A DNA stretch of 32,923 bases from Octopus bimaculoides (taxonomy: Eukaryota), in the NCBI RefSeq assembly GCF_001194135.2, contig NW_026356536.1:48626-81548 (forward strand), read 5' to 3'. The notes below the pieces were generated by a model. That model was not told the DNA's origin and made no database searches. It saw only the letters and a list, made by a program, of their open reading frames with translations. Shown piece after piece: positions 20,646-31,394 of this stretch. A program made the position numbers and the translations under genes. Within the stretch, counting starts at the first letter, position 1; the number at the start of each line of letters is the position of its first letter.

Positions 20646-21408
20646 GTATGTATGTATGTATAACCCAGTGGTTCCCAAAACTTTCACTACCAACGATCCC
20701 TTTTAATGTGCTTATCCTTATGTGTGTGTATATATAAATAAATAAACATATATATATATATATATATATATACTTTATATAAGGGCATTACTATGCAATA
20801 ATGCCTCACGCTTAGAGGGACTTCATAAGTCAAAAACACCAAAATAAGCACATTTTTACCAATTGCGAGGGAATGCAACTTTCAAAGCTAACCTCCTAAG
20901 TTAAAAGTTTTTAGGAGGTTAGCTTTGAAAGTTGCATTNNNNNNNNNNNNNNNNNNNNNNNNNNNNNNNNNNNNNNNNNNNNNNNNNNNNNNNNNNNNNN
21001 NNNNNNNNNNNNNNNNNNNNNNNNNNNNNNNNNNNNNNNNNNNNNNNNNNNNNNNNNNNNNNNNNNNNNNNNNNNNNNNNNNNNNNNNNNNNNNNNNNNN
21101 NNNNNNNNNNNNNNNNNNNNNNNNNNNNNNNNNNNNNNNNNNNNNNNNNNNNNNNNNNNNNNNNNNNNNNNNNNNNNNNNNNNNNNNNNNNNNNNNNNNN
21201 NNNNNNNNNNNNNNNNNNNNNNNNNNNNNNNNNNNNNNNNNNNNNNNNNNNNNNNNNNNNNNNNNNNNNNNNNNNNNNNNNNNNNNNNNNNNNNNNNNNN
21301 NNNNNNNNNNNNNNNNNNNNNNNNNNNNNNNNNNNNNNNNNNNNNNNNNNNNNNNNNNNNNNNNNNNNNNNNNNNTATATATAGATATATATATATATAT
21401 ATATATAT

Positions 21409-21540
21409 GCCGGTGGCACGTCAACGCACCCACCACACTCTCGGAGTGGTTGGCGTTAGGAAGGGCATCCAGCTGTTGAAACTCTGCCAGATCAGATTGG
21501 AGCATGGTGTAGCCATCTGGTTCACCAGTCCTCAGTCAAC
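21409..21540 (+). mobile_element. RTE 3' UTR fragment
   Basis: GCCGGTGGCACG..GGCGTTAGGAAGGGCATCCAGCTG; truncated before the tail. Confidence 0.85.
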
Positions 21541-21904
21541 ACTGGCTATCAAATGGTGGTGGAGTGATAGACAGACACACACACACAGATATACAAACAA
21601 ACACACACAGATATACACATACACAGATATACACACATACATACATACATACTACACACAAGTGTACATACACACACACACAGCAAAATCCCTCGACTAT
21701 CACGGGTGTTATGTTACAAAAGCTCCCACAGAAATAAATAAAATCTGGAAAAAAAAAAATGAATACCTATCGGCCACAGATACCTGCGATATACTGGGCA
21801 GTCAACGATATAAATTTACATGTATTAGCCAGAAAAATCCGCAATGTACTGAGTGCGTGATTACCAAACCACAATATGGTGAGGGATTACTGTATACACA
21901 CACA

Positions 21905-22062
21905 ATCGATTCCTTTCAGTTTCCATCTACCAAATCCACTCAAAAGGCTTTGGTCAACCCGAGGCTATAGTAGAAGACACTTGCTCAAGGTGCCACGCAG
22001 TGGGACTGAACCCAGAACAATGTGGTTGGGAAGCAAGCTACTTACCAAACAGCCACGCTTCT
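21905..22062 (-). mobile_element. SINE family A 5' half
   Basis: Reverse complement of the family A head and core. Confidence 0.85.
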
Positions 22063-22534
22063 ACCCCAAATCTCCATCCTCCTCCATCACCGATGGGTGT
22101 CTTACACATGTCAAACCAGACCAGGTTTGAAACCGGAAATGCAGATATCCCGTGTATCCACTGGGCCGCTGACTCATCTGCACTTTATGTCAGATTGCTT
22201 AGGTCAGCTTTATTGATTTTTCAACAAACTCCACCATATTGATCAGTTATCAACACAGCTCAATGATTTGATTATCATCAACTTTTATATTCACTGCTTC
22301 TTTGATCTTTCTAGATCTTTTCACTATGGTTTCCAATCAATTATATTCCATATCCGTGCGCCCGTGTACAAACTGCAACACATTAATTAGCCTTTCCCTA
22401 TTTTTATATATCATTCCCATCACACACACACACATCTGTATTCTTTATAAATAGTCATTTTATACCAACAGGCAATTACCATACAATTGTGTGGTGTATG
22501 TATACATGCATGCATGTGTGTGTGTATATACACA

Positions 22535-22936
22535 GGCGCAGGAGTGGCTGTGTGGTAAGTAGCTTGCTTACCAGCCACATGGTTCCGGGTTCAGTCCCAC
22601 TGCGTGGCACCTTGGGCAAGTGTCTTCTACTATAGCCTCTGGCCGACCAAAGCCTTGTGAGTGGATCTGGTAGACGGAAACTGAAAGAAGCCCGTCGTAT
22701 ATATGTATATATATATATATATGTATGTGTGTATATGTTATCTGTGTTTTTCCCCCCACCATCGCTTGACAACCGATGCTGGTGTGTTTAGGTCCCCGTA
22801 ACTTAGCGGTTTGGCAAAAAGAGACCGATAGAATAAGTACTAGGCTTACAAAGAATAAGTCCCGGGGTCGATTTGATTCAACTAAAGGCGGTGCTCCAGC
22901 ATGGCCACAGTCAAATGACTGAAACAAGTAAAGGAA
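22535..22936 (+). mobile_element. Full-length SINE family A
   Basis: Head GGCGCAGGAGTGGCTGTGTGGTAAG through tail ATGACTGAAACAAGTAAAG. Confidence 0.92.
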
Positions 22937-23822
22937 TACACGAGGTCTCATCAATAGTATCCGGACTGTTGCCATAGTAACGAAACTAAAGCACACAGAG
23001 TGAAGCCGCTCGGCAAAGATTGACTCTGAGCTCTGCTGTGCATGTGCACTAAGTTTTAATGTACTAGCTCACCTCTGCTGCTTACAGCAGTGCTTGGAAG
23101 GAAGGTGTGTAGCATGTGACCGTCACATTGACCATCACAGAGGAAGTTGTCATGGCGATGCCTGCTCAGAGGCCTACAAAAAGTTGCAGAGTGTATGAAG
23201 AGTAGCGTATGAGCCGCACACAAGAGTACGAGTGGTTCAGACGTTTCCAAGATGGCCCAAAAAATGTCGATAGTGACAAACGTTCTGGGAGACCCACAAC
23301 CAGCAGAAACTGAGAAAAACATCACAGATGTACATGGGAAATCCTCAAATCCCCATCCGTGAGTTTATCAGAGGATGTGAAGATTAGTTACTGTTCAGTC
23401 CATTATCACTGAAGATTTGGGTATGAGACACGCGACACGTGTCTGCCAAGTTTGTGCCAAAACTGCTTTCGGCTGACCAAAACGACACTCGGAGTTTCAT
23501 TCAGTTGTCCAAGATATATCCTTGATCGTGTTGAGAACGATGAAAACCTTTTGAAAACTTTGGGTATGCCTCTGGGCAGGTACCACACCAAGCTCTTTGG
23601 CAAAATTTGAAGCAGGTTCTCTGCTCAACTTTCTCTGTCATGGTCGATCACACACTACACACCTTCCTTCCAAGCACTGCTGTAAACAGCAGAAGTGAAC
23701 TAGATTATTAAAATTTAGTATGCATGCACAACAGAGTTCAAGGTTAATCTATACCAAGCAGCTTCACTCTGTATGCGTTAGCTTCATTACTATGGCAACA
23801 GTCCGGATACTTATTGATCAGA

Positions 23823-23829
<7 letters not shown>
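22937..23829 (+). mobile_element. Non-autonomous mariner derivative made of two inverted 5' ends
   Basis: TA at 22937; terminal CACG..GTCT.ATCAATA.GTATCCGGAC at both ends; internal EWFRRF.DG..NVDSDKRSGRPTTS and GMR..SAKFVPKLL transposase N-terminus. Confidence 0.85.
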
Positions 23830-23863
<34 letters not shown>

Positions 23864-23967
23864 AAAATATATGAAGATATTATTATTATTAATAAATAAT
23901 AATAATAATAATACAAGTAGCTAGCATGCATAAAATAACCATAAAGGTAAAACTATTAATTTATAAT

Positions 23968-24237
23968 CAGGGTACTAGATGGTACATGCATTGCTAGAAA
24001 TAAGAGTCAAAACCCGACCCAAAAATCACAGTTATCAATTATACACACTGGTGGATTCGAGGAAACGAGTAAATAGAAAAGCCAACTTACCATTAGCAAG
24101 TAAAGATCAGGAACTCATTTGCGATATTTATATTTACTCATTTTCTCGAATTCACCAGAGTGTATGAGTGATAACTGTGGTTTTTGAGTCGTTTTTGACT
24201 CTTATTTCTAGCAATGCTGATACTATCAAGTACCCTG
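23968..24237. mobile_element. Fold-back MITE with ~105-bp inverted arms
   Basis: CAGGGTAC / GTACCCTG termini; arms about 23968-24074 and 24130-24237; imperfect 8-bp flanks TTTATAAT / CTTATAAA. Confidence 0.75.
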
Positions 24238-24293
24238 CTTATAAAATAAATATATATACATATACACACACACACACGCAAATATGTGTGTAT

Positions 24294-24297
<4 letters not shown>

Positions 24298-24381
<84 letters not shown>
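24298..24381. repeat. Long (TA)n microsatellite
   Basis: About 40 TA units. Confidence 0.97.
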
Positions 24382-24388
<7 letters not shown>

Positions 24389-24600
24389 TAACACTCCTGT
24401 GTGACCCTTCTGTCCGGCATTTGCCATGACAGATTGCTGACCACTACACACATTTTTTTCTCTCCTTGTTTCTTTCTGTGGAAGAGCGTAGGCTCAAAAC
24501 GTCAAAGACTTTTTAACTTCCCGAGCGTTATACTAATACATCTATTTGTTTTCTACACCACCTGTCTTCGTCTGTTCTTGTTTTTTCGTGAATTCTCCGT
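24382..24600 (+). mobile_element. Penelope-like terminal-repeat remnant with a degenerate hammerhead (24471-24508)
   Basis: TCTTT-CTGTGGAA-GAGC(GTAG)GCTC-AAAA-CG-TC-AAAGA; flanked by (TA)n on both sides. Confidence 0.55.
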
Positions 24601-24644
24601 ATATATATATATACACACACACACACAAATATGTGTATACAAAT

Positions 24645-24675
<31 letters not shown>

Positions 24676-24734
24676 TATACACACACACAAACACATATAT
24701 ATATATATATACACACACACATATATATATGTAG

Positions 24735-25030
24735 TCAATGACAAATGGCCGAGACCTTTGGCATTATGCTGTACTTGAGAAGAAAACCCATCAAACCAAG
24801 TGAAATTGTTGTTGTGGCAGATACTGGTGTCGCACGACAGGCACCCGTGCTGGTGCCATGTAAAAGCACCCATTACACACTTGGAGTGGTTGGCATTAGG
24901 AAAGGCATCCAGCCATAGGGACCGTGCCAAATCGGACTAGAGTCTATGCAGCCCCTCAACTTAGTCAAACCATCCAAACCATGTCAGCATGGACAACAAA
25001 TGTTAAATGAGGATGGTGATGATGATGATC
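24735..25030 (+). mobile_element. Older RTE 3' end
   Basis: ORF-end remnant, GGCATTAGGAAAGGCATCCAGCC, (GAT)n tail. Confidence 0.8.
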
Positions 25031-25041
25031 ATCATCATATA

Positions 25042-25525
25042 GGTAGAGGCGTGGGTGTTTGGTAAGATGTCTGCTTCCCAACCATATGGTTTCGGGTTCA
25101 GTCTCATTATGTGGCACCATGCTGGGGCACCACTTTGACGAGTTTTTTTTAGCTGAACCAATTGAACCTCGTACTTTTTTTTTTTGAAGCCAGTAGTCAT
25201 TCAATTGGTCTCTTATGCTGGACCACAAAGTTGAAGAAATGTAAATAAACCAACACTGGTTGCCAAGCAGGTGGGCAAACACAAACATACATACATACAC
25301 ACACACACACACTATCCAACCTATGTTAGCATGAAAAACGGACATTAAATGATGATGATAACACAGGGCTTCTTTCAGTTTCCGTTTACAAAATCCACCC
25401 ACAAGACTGGTTAGTTCGGGACCATAGGAGATAATTTCCCAACGTGTCATGCAGTCATGCAGTCGGACTGAACCCAGGACCATATGGTTGGGAAACAAAC
25501 TTCTTATAACACAAACACACCTATA
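25042..25525. mobile_element. Cluster of SINE A pieces (+ head 25042-25130; - 3' half 25120-25300; - head/core 25365-25525) plus an RTE tail (25313-25360)
   Basis: Family A and RTE motifs in both orientations. Confidence 0.7.
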
Positions 25526-25861
25526 CCTTTTTTTTAGCATTCCAGTCAACCTAGTTTGAAACATTTTAATCTTAAAAAATTATTTCAATAAAACATGGTC
25601 TTGTAATATTTTTAAAAGAATTTATTCCAATATTTGCTAAAATTTCATCCATTGCTCCCTCAATAAAGCTTTTGCAGTAAACTGTTTCTAATCAAGGGTC
25701 TGCAGACCCCATCCTCTCATACTGAGCTTCCTGCAGATGAGATGACAAGGTGTGATTAAAGGACAGTTTTGTTGCCATTTCTAGCAAGTCCAGTAACTGT
25801 ATGGACACTGGATCACTTGGTGACTGACACAAAAGTTCTGCCATTCCATTTCAGTATTTTA

Positions 25862-26145
25862 TCGTGGCTTAGTGGTTAGGGTGTTGGACTCATGATTGTA
25901 AGATTGTGGTTTCAATTCCTGGACCAGGCAACACACTGTGTTCTTGAGCAAAACACTTCATTTCACACTGCCCCAGTCAACGCATCATCATGGATGATGC
26001 TTTTACGTGCCACAACTGCGATTTCACTTGGCTTGGTGGGTCTTCTCAAAGGACCCACTTATAAAAATGAGTAACCCTGCAACAGACCGGTGTCCCGGGA
26101 GGATTATCTAAATGCCAGAAGAAATCGGAAACCAGCCCTCTACTC
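25862..26145 (+). mobile_element. SINE family C with an internal RTE-derived insert (about 25981-26055)
   Basis: Head and core as at 14528; insert GCTTTTACGTGCCAC..GATTTCACTTGGCTTG..GGGTCTTCTCA is RTE UTR sequence in reverse. Confidence 0.8.
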
Positions 26146-26215
26146 TAAACCTTATTGCTGTGCTAGTCATTAGCAGAGTCTACCGGTGCGAGTCAAAAAT
26201 AACACGAAGTCTTAC

Positions 26216-26278
26216 CTTGAAGAGATTAAATAAATCCAGTAGCTTTCTCTCAACATGGGGAATCCTTAAGGAACAACC
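26216..26278 (-). CDS. KDM5: KDM5/lid coding exon, ARID (GCSLRIPHVERKLLDLFNLFK)
   Basis: Acceptor ttccatttattccag, donor gtaaga, 63 nt, phase 0-0. Matches KDM5 GxxLKIPxVERKxLDLYxLxK. Confidence 0.95.
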
Positions 26279-26409
26279 CTGGAATAAATGGAAATAAAGA
26301 AATATTGAATTGCGTGTTGGTTGGTACATGATGAGATTATTGTGTTTTAATTAAAGGTTTGCGCTGGTGACACTGGTCAACCACATTCAACACATTTCAA
26401 CCGTATATT

Positions 26410-27616
26410 TATTGGATCATCCCATAAATAATGTGGTTTTTTTCAATCGCATGAACTCGGAGGGGAATGGGATAAACTACCTGCATCAACTTATTCTTAG
26501 TGCAAGCTTTGAAGAGTGCAGTTCGATTTTAACAGTTATTTTTTCAAAGCTTTAATGGAAATGACAAAGGAGCAGATTTGGCACATTTTGCTTTATGAGT
26601 TCAATAAAGGCACCAATGTAACAGAAAGTGTGAGGAATATTCCTCACACTTTCTGTTACAATGCAGTATATGGGGATCAGACAATAAGCGTATGCCAGTG
26701 TCAATGGTAGTTCCAGAAATTCCAAGCCTTGTCTTGGAAAATTTGTAGAGCTCAACAAGGACATCCTGCAAACCCTGGTGGAACAAAATTCCAACGTAAC
26801 TGTTGAGGAACTAGGAGAGAAGCTTGGATTTGGTCATCCAACCATTCATCGACACCTACATGCCATCAGAAAAGTCAAGTTGGTTCCTCACAAACTTTCT
26901 GAGTCTAACTGTATGCAGAGAACGTGTGTTCTTCTTTGCTGTCACGTGTCACGAATGAACCTTTTTTGGACCGAATAGTGACTGGTGACAAGAAATGGGT
27001 TCTCTATAAAAATGTCAAGCACCAAAGACAGTGGGCAAAGGAGAAACACCAGCATCCCAGGCTAAAGAAGGTTTTTACCCACATAAGGTGTTTGTTATCT
27101 GTTTGGTGAGATATGAAAGGTTTAGTCCACTTTGAATTTTTAAACCCAAATCAAATGATAACAAAAGAGATCTACTGCAAGCTGCTTGAGTGGCTTAAGT
27201 CAGTGCTAGAAGAGAAACAACCATCTTTGGTTTCAAGACGAAAGGTGTTCTTCCATCATACAGTGGGGATGACATTCCAAAGACCAGAGCAGTTTGAATG
27301 GGAAATGATGCCCCACCCACCATATTCGCCGGACATTGCCCTATCTGATTGTCATTTATTCCGCAGTCTTCAAAATCATTTGGACAGGAAAAATATGAAT
27401 TCTGTAGATGAGGTCAGAGCAGTACTGGAGGAGTATTTTCCGTGACGGACAAGTGAATTTTGGAAAAAGGGGCCTTGCAAGTCTACCAGATAGATGGAAG
27501 AGCATTGTAGAGAATGAAGGAGAGAATATTTTAGATTAAAAATGAACATTATCTTAATCTTGAAAAATAAAAGAAGTATAAAAAAACCCTATACTTATTA
27601 TATACACTATCAAATA
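26410..27616 (+). mobile_element. Decayed near-full-length mariner transposon
   Basis: 5' TIR TATTGGATCATCCCATAAATAATGTGGTTTTTT; transposase remnants VKLVPHKL (WVPHEL), DRIVTGD.KW, HPPYSPDIA.SD.HLF; 3' TIR degenerate. Confidence 0.92.
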
Positions 27617-27804
27617 CACACACATACAGAAAGAGATAGTGTGTGTGTGTTCATGTATTGTGCAGTCTTAAATTATTTAATGCATTTAAGCATCATACTA
27701 ATGAGGGGTGTCTATTTTGATGTTAGACGTGTGTGTCAGTGTATAAAAATGTATGAAAACAAGTTATCTAGGCATAAATCAAAATACTCAGTTAAATAAC
27801 TTAC

Positions 27805-27864
27805 CTGTAATTCCCAGAATCTTGCTAGCTGGTCAAGGAAATTCAACCGAATTCTTGATTTTGC
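27805..27864 (-). CDS. KDM5: KDM5/lid coding exon, start of ARID (AKSRIRLNFLDQLARFWELQ)
   Basis: Acceptor tttcaatttcag, donor gtaagt, 60 nt, phase 0-0. Peptide matches the KDM5 motif xTRVRLxFLDQLAKFWELQ. Confidence 0.95.
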
Positions 27865-28368
27865 CTGAAATTGAAAAATTATAAATAAATAAAAATCCAT
27901 AAAAACCAATACTTGACAGATTGCAGGAATAAACAGAAAAAAAAACATATTTATACAGTAATACCTTGATATACGAGTTAAACTGCTTGTAAAGTGAAAA
28001 CTCGTAAAGTAGAGCAATAATTTCCCATAGTAGCAATGTTATAAACCGTAATTCATTCCCATAAAATTATTTTACATATAAAATTTATAATACTTGTAAA
28101 CAAATGGCGATAAAACAACAGTAGAATGTCAAGAATATTTCATATAAAGTAAAAAGAATGTCAGGACCATTTATTCTTACGTTGTGAGTTTGATATCTCG
28201 TCACCAATAATGTTATGATGATGTTGGGGTGTGCACAAGGGTGTAGGAATAGAATCACCCAAATGAATATTTGGATATGGTTATCGAAAATAACCTTTCG
28301 CAAAATTATGTTCACGCAGAACGTACTCCGTACTTCGCCAAATGTAAGTACAATATTAAACTAACACA

Positions 28369-28759
28369 GTTGTTGTTGTTGGCACTCCGTCGCTTACGAC
28401 GTCGAGGATTCCAGTTGATCCGATCAACAGAACAGCCTGCTCATGAAATTAACGTGCAAGTGGCTGAGCACTCCACAGACACGTGTACCCTTAACGTAGT
28501 TCTCGGGGATATTCAGCGTGACACAGTGTGACAAAGCTGACCCTTTGAATTACAGGCACAACAGAAACAGGAAGTAAGAGTGAGAGGAAGTTGTGGTGAA
28601 AGAGTACAGCAGGGTTCGCCACCATCCCCTGCCGGAGCTTCGTAGAGCTTTTAGGCGTTTTCGCTCAATAAACACTCACAATGCCCGGTCTTGGAATCGA
28701 AACTGCGATCCTATGACTGCGAGTCCGCTGCCCTAACCACTGGGCCATTGCACCTCCAC
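28369..28759 (-). mobile_element. Full-length SINE family B
   Basis: Same head and tail as the other B copies. Confidence 0.92.
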
Positions 28760-28866
28760 TAAAGGCAAAGTCAACCTCGGCGGAATTTGAACTCAGAACG
28801 TAGTGACAGACAAAATACCACTAAAGATTTCGTCCTACGTGCTAACGTTTCTGCCAGCTCGCCGAC
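28760..28866 (-). mobile_element. SINE family D 5' half
   Basis: AAAGGCAAAGTCAACCTCGGCGGAATTTGAACTCAGAACG...CTGCCAGCTCGCC. Confidence 0.85.
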
Positions 28867-28997
28867 TTCACTAACTCAGTAATCCTATACAAACGATCAA
28901 CACTGTCAACCCGACAGTTCTTTACGGAAATGCGTTAGTCCACTTCTGGTCATGTGGGGGTCATCAGGATCCTTCTACAAGCACTCGTAGAGGGACT

Positions 28998-29367
28998 TCT
29001 TACTCTTTTACAATTTTCAGTCTTTTGACTGTGGCCATGCTGGAGCACTACCTTTAGTCGAAGAAATCAACCCCAGGTCATATTCTTTGTAAGTTTAGTA
29101 CTTAATTTACCAGCCTCTTTTGCTGAACTGCTAAGTTTCGGGGCCATAAACACACCGACATCAGTTGTCAAGTGATGATAGGGGGACAAACACAGGCACA
29201 CAATATATACACATGATGGACATCTTTCAGTTTCCGTCTACCAAATCCACTCACAAGGCTTTGGCTGGCCCGAGGCTAAAGGAGAAGACACTTGCCCAAG
29301 GTGCCATGGGACTGAACTCAGAACCATGTGGTTGGGAAGCAAGCTTCTTACCACACAGCCACGCCTG
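28998..29367 (-). mobile_element. Near-full-length SINE family A
   Basis: Reverse complement of the head, core and tail. Confidence 0.88.
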
Positions 29368-29970
29368 AGAGATCGCTTTTAAAAAACAAGTCTAGAGTTG
29401 CTTGCTTATAAGAAACCCCTATAGCGACAACTGGAATTTCAGAAGTGTAAGGGTGCTAATATCGAGGAAGAACCGACAATAAACACGAGTACATATACAC
29501 ATGTAGAATTTCCAATATCGTTAATCGATATAGAGCTAAACTGGTGTATGCTTGGATAAAATTTATCCCTAGGAAAAAACAACCTCTTTCCATACAGACT
29601 TATATACATATATATATACATACACATATATCCAAAAAACAGAACAAGAACATAACGGATAACAATGAAAATATACAGACAGATGGACGATACAAGGACA
29701 GACAGGAAAACCAGGAAGGAACATCCATGGCTTCCAATTATCACAACAGTTTCGGCCTGTTACACTTATATAATTGAAGGAAACAGAAGATAAATTTAGT
29801 ACAAATTTTTATTCAGGTATGACAGCTTTTTCAACTCATCCTGCAACTGGGTGTTCCCCTAAATATACTGAGTTCTCTTCGGCATGTTCTTGCCCACTAT
29901 ATTTTGGTTATAACCAGTAAATGGGACTAGCTACAGTTGTCCGTGAATAGAAAGCATAAATGGCAATTTG

Positions 29971-30584
29971 TCTATCTATCTATCTGTCTGTTACCATCTT
30001 GCTACATACACCAGTGAATCAATCTTCACGAAACTTTGCATACAAGTGAAACTAACATCCAGATGAATTATAGGCTTATTAGATTCCAATAAAAATCTAT
30101 CTCGGGCCATCAGGGNNNNNNNNNNNNNNNNNNNNNNNNNNNNNNNNNNNNNNGGGGGGGGGGAGGGGCTGTAGCACATGTTTACAAATCAGTTATGATA
30201 AGCTACGACACAAGACAATGTCAGCTACAATATGTGGAGTATTTGTCAATCTCTTTATCTAATTAATTTTACTCAGATGCATATTTGCTTGTTAAAATAA
30301 TGTAGGGACATTCCTTATTCACCTACTAATCATATTCATGGTTTGTAATACCAATTGTTAGCAATAAACTATTACCATGAAAGTTAATAAAATATTTAAT
30401 GGCTTAATTCGACCTAACTGATTCTAAAATTTATATATTGACATAAGATTGAGGATAGGAATGTGAGCAAAACTAAAACAGGAACGGAACAGGGAACAGG
30501 ATAGGACATGACACAGTGTAATGAGAACGGGAACTGGAAATAAATCCCAGCTTTTCTAAGTATTACCAGGTAATTCAGCTAAGT
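29971..30584 (+). mobile_element. Possible non-autonomous Helitron/Helentron-like element
   Basis: (TCTA)n/TCTG start, ATCTTCACGAAACTTTGCA motif, GGAAC repeats, end CAGGTAATTCAGCTAAGT (CTAGT-like). Contains a gap. Confidence 0.4.
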
Positions 30585-30710
30585 GTATAAGCCTATATAT
30601 TATAACTAGTTTATATTAAAGAATACAGATACTGTGAGTCAGAGTCGATATAGTTTTACAGACTCCAGCTCCAGCTATCTGTTGTTTCCAACTCCGACTC
30701 CACAGCCCTG
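30585..30710. mobile_element. Right half of a CAGGGCTGTGGAGTC-family MITE
   Basis: Homologous to about 8650-8778; ends GACTCCACAGCCCTG. Confidence 0.75.
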
Positions 30711-30904
30711 CTTGCCACCGTGTGATTGTTGCAAAGGCAGGCCTGAGTCATACAAACAGTCTCTCATTTCCAATATTCACAAACAGCACCAACAATGGCA
30801 GATCTGTTTTAAACCCAATAACACTTATGTTCATTATACATATAACTACTTTCCTATTATCAACAGTCATTTTTTTTTATCCACAAAAGGGGTGAGCTGT
30901 CTTA

Positions 30905-31045
30905 ATACCTACCAAATCCACTCACAACACTTTGGTCAGCCTGGGCCTATAGTACCACACACTTAGCCAAAGTGTTATACACTGGTGAGGCTAAACAGAA
31001 ATCCATGTGGTTGAGAAATTCTTAATGACACAACCAGCCAGCCAC
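30905..31045 (-). mobile_element. Degraded SINE family A 5' half
   Basis: CTACCAAATCCACTCACAA..TTTGGTCAGCC..CCATGTGGTTG. Confidence 0.7.
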
Positions 31046-31394
31046 ACACGCACACAAAGTATTAATAAAATACAGAAAACATATTACTCATGGTTTACAG
31101 AGCCATACACATGTTTTGGCATATCACTGCAAAGATTACATAAATTTAGGCTGAGGTTATGTAATAATAATCCCTTTTCAACCAATATTGCAAACATTGC
31201 CTCTCTAGGTCTGGCCACAAAAGTTTTAGATATAACCTCTTCAGTGTTTCCCAATGTGGGGCATGTGCTTCACCGGTGGGGTGTGGGAAAATTGGAGTGT
31301 ATAGATCTAAAAAAGTCAGGAGGTATGATTGTGTTTGTGTGTGTGTGTGTGTGCGTTACTAGCAAAATGGAAACTGAATTTCTGTGATTTAACT

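Noticed and set aside
19024-21505. Long ORFs in the track (for example 318, 268, 225 and 205 aa)
   Set aside because: Their length comes from N runs. Other track ORFs are microsatellite translations or SINE/RTE frames.
22106-22177. 72-nt open candidate exon on the minus strand (MSQRPSGYTGYLHFRFQTWSGLTC, donor gtaaga)
   Set aside because: No polypyrimidine tract, and it would interrupt the ARID between two contiguous conserved segments.
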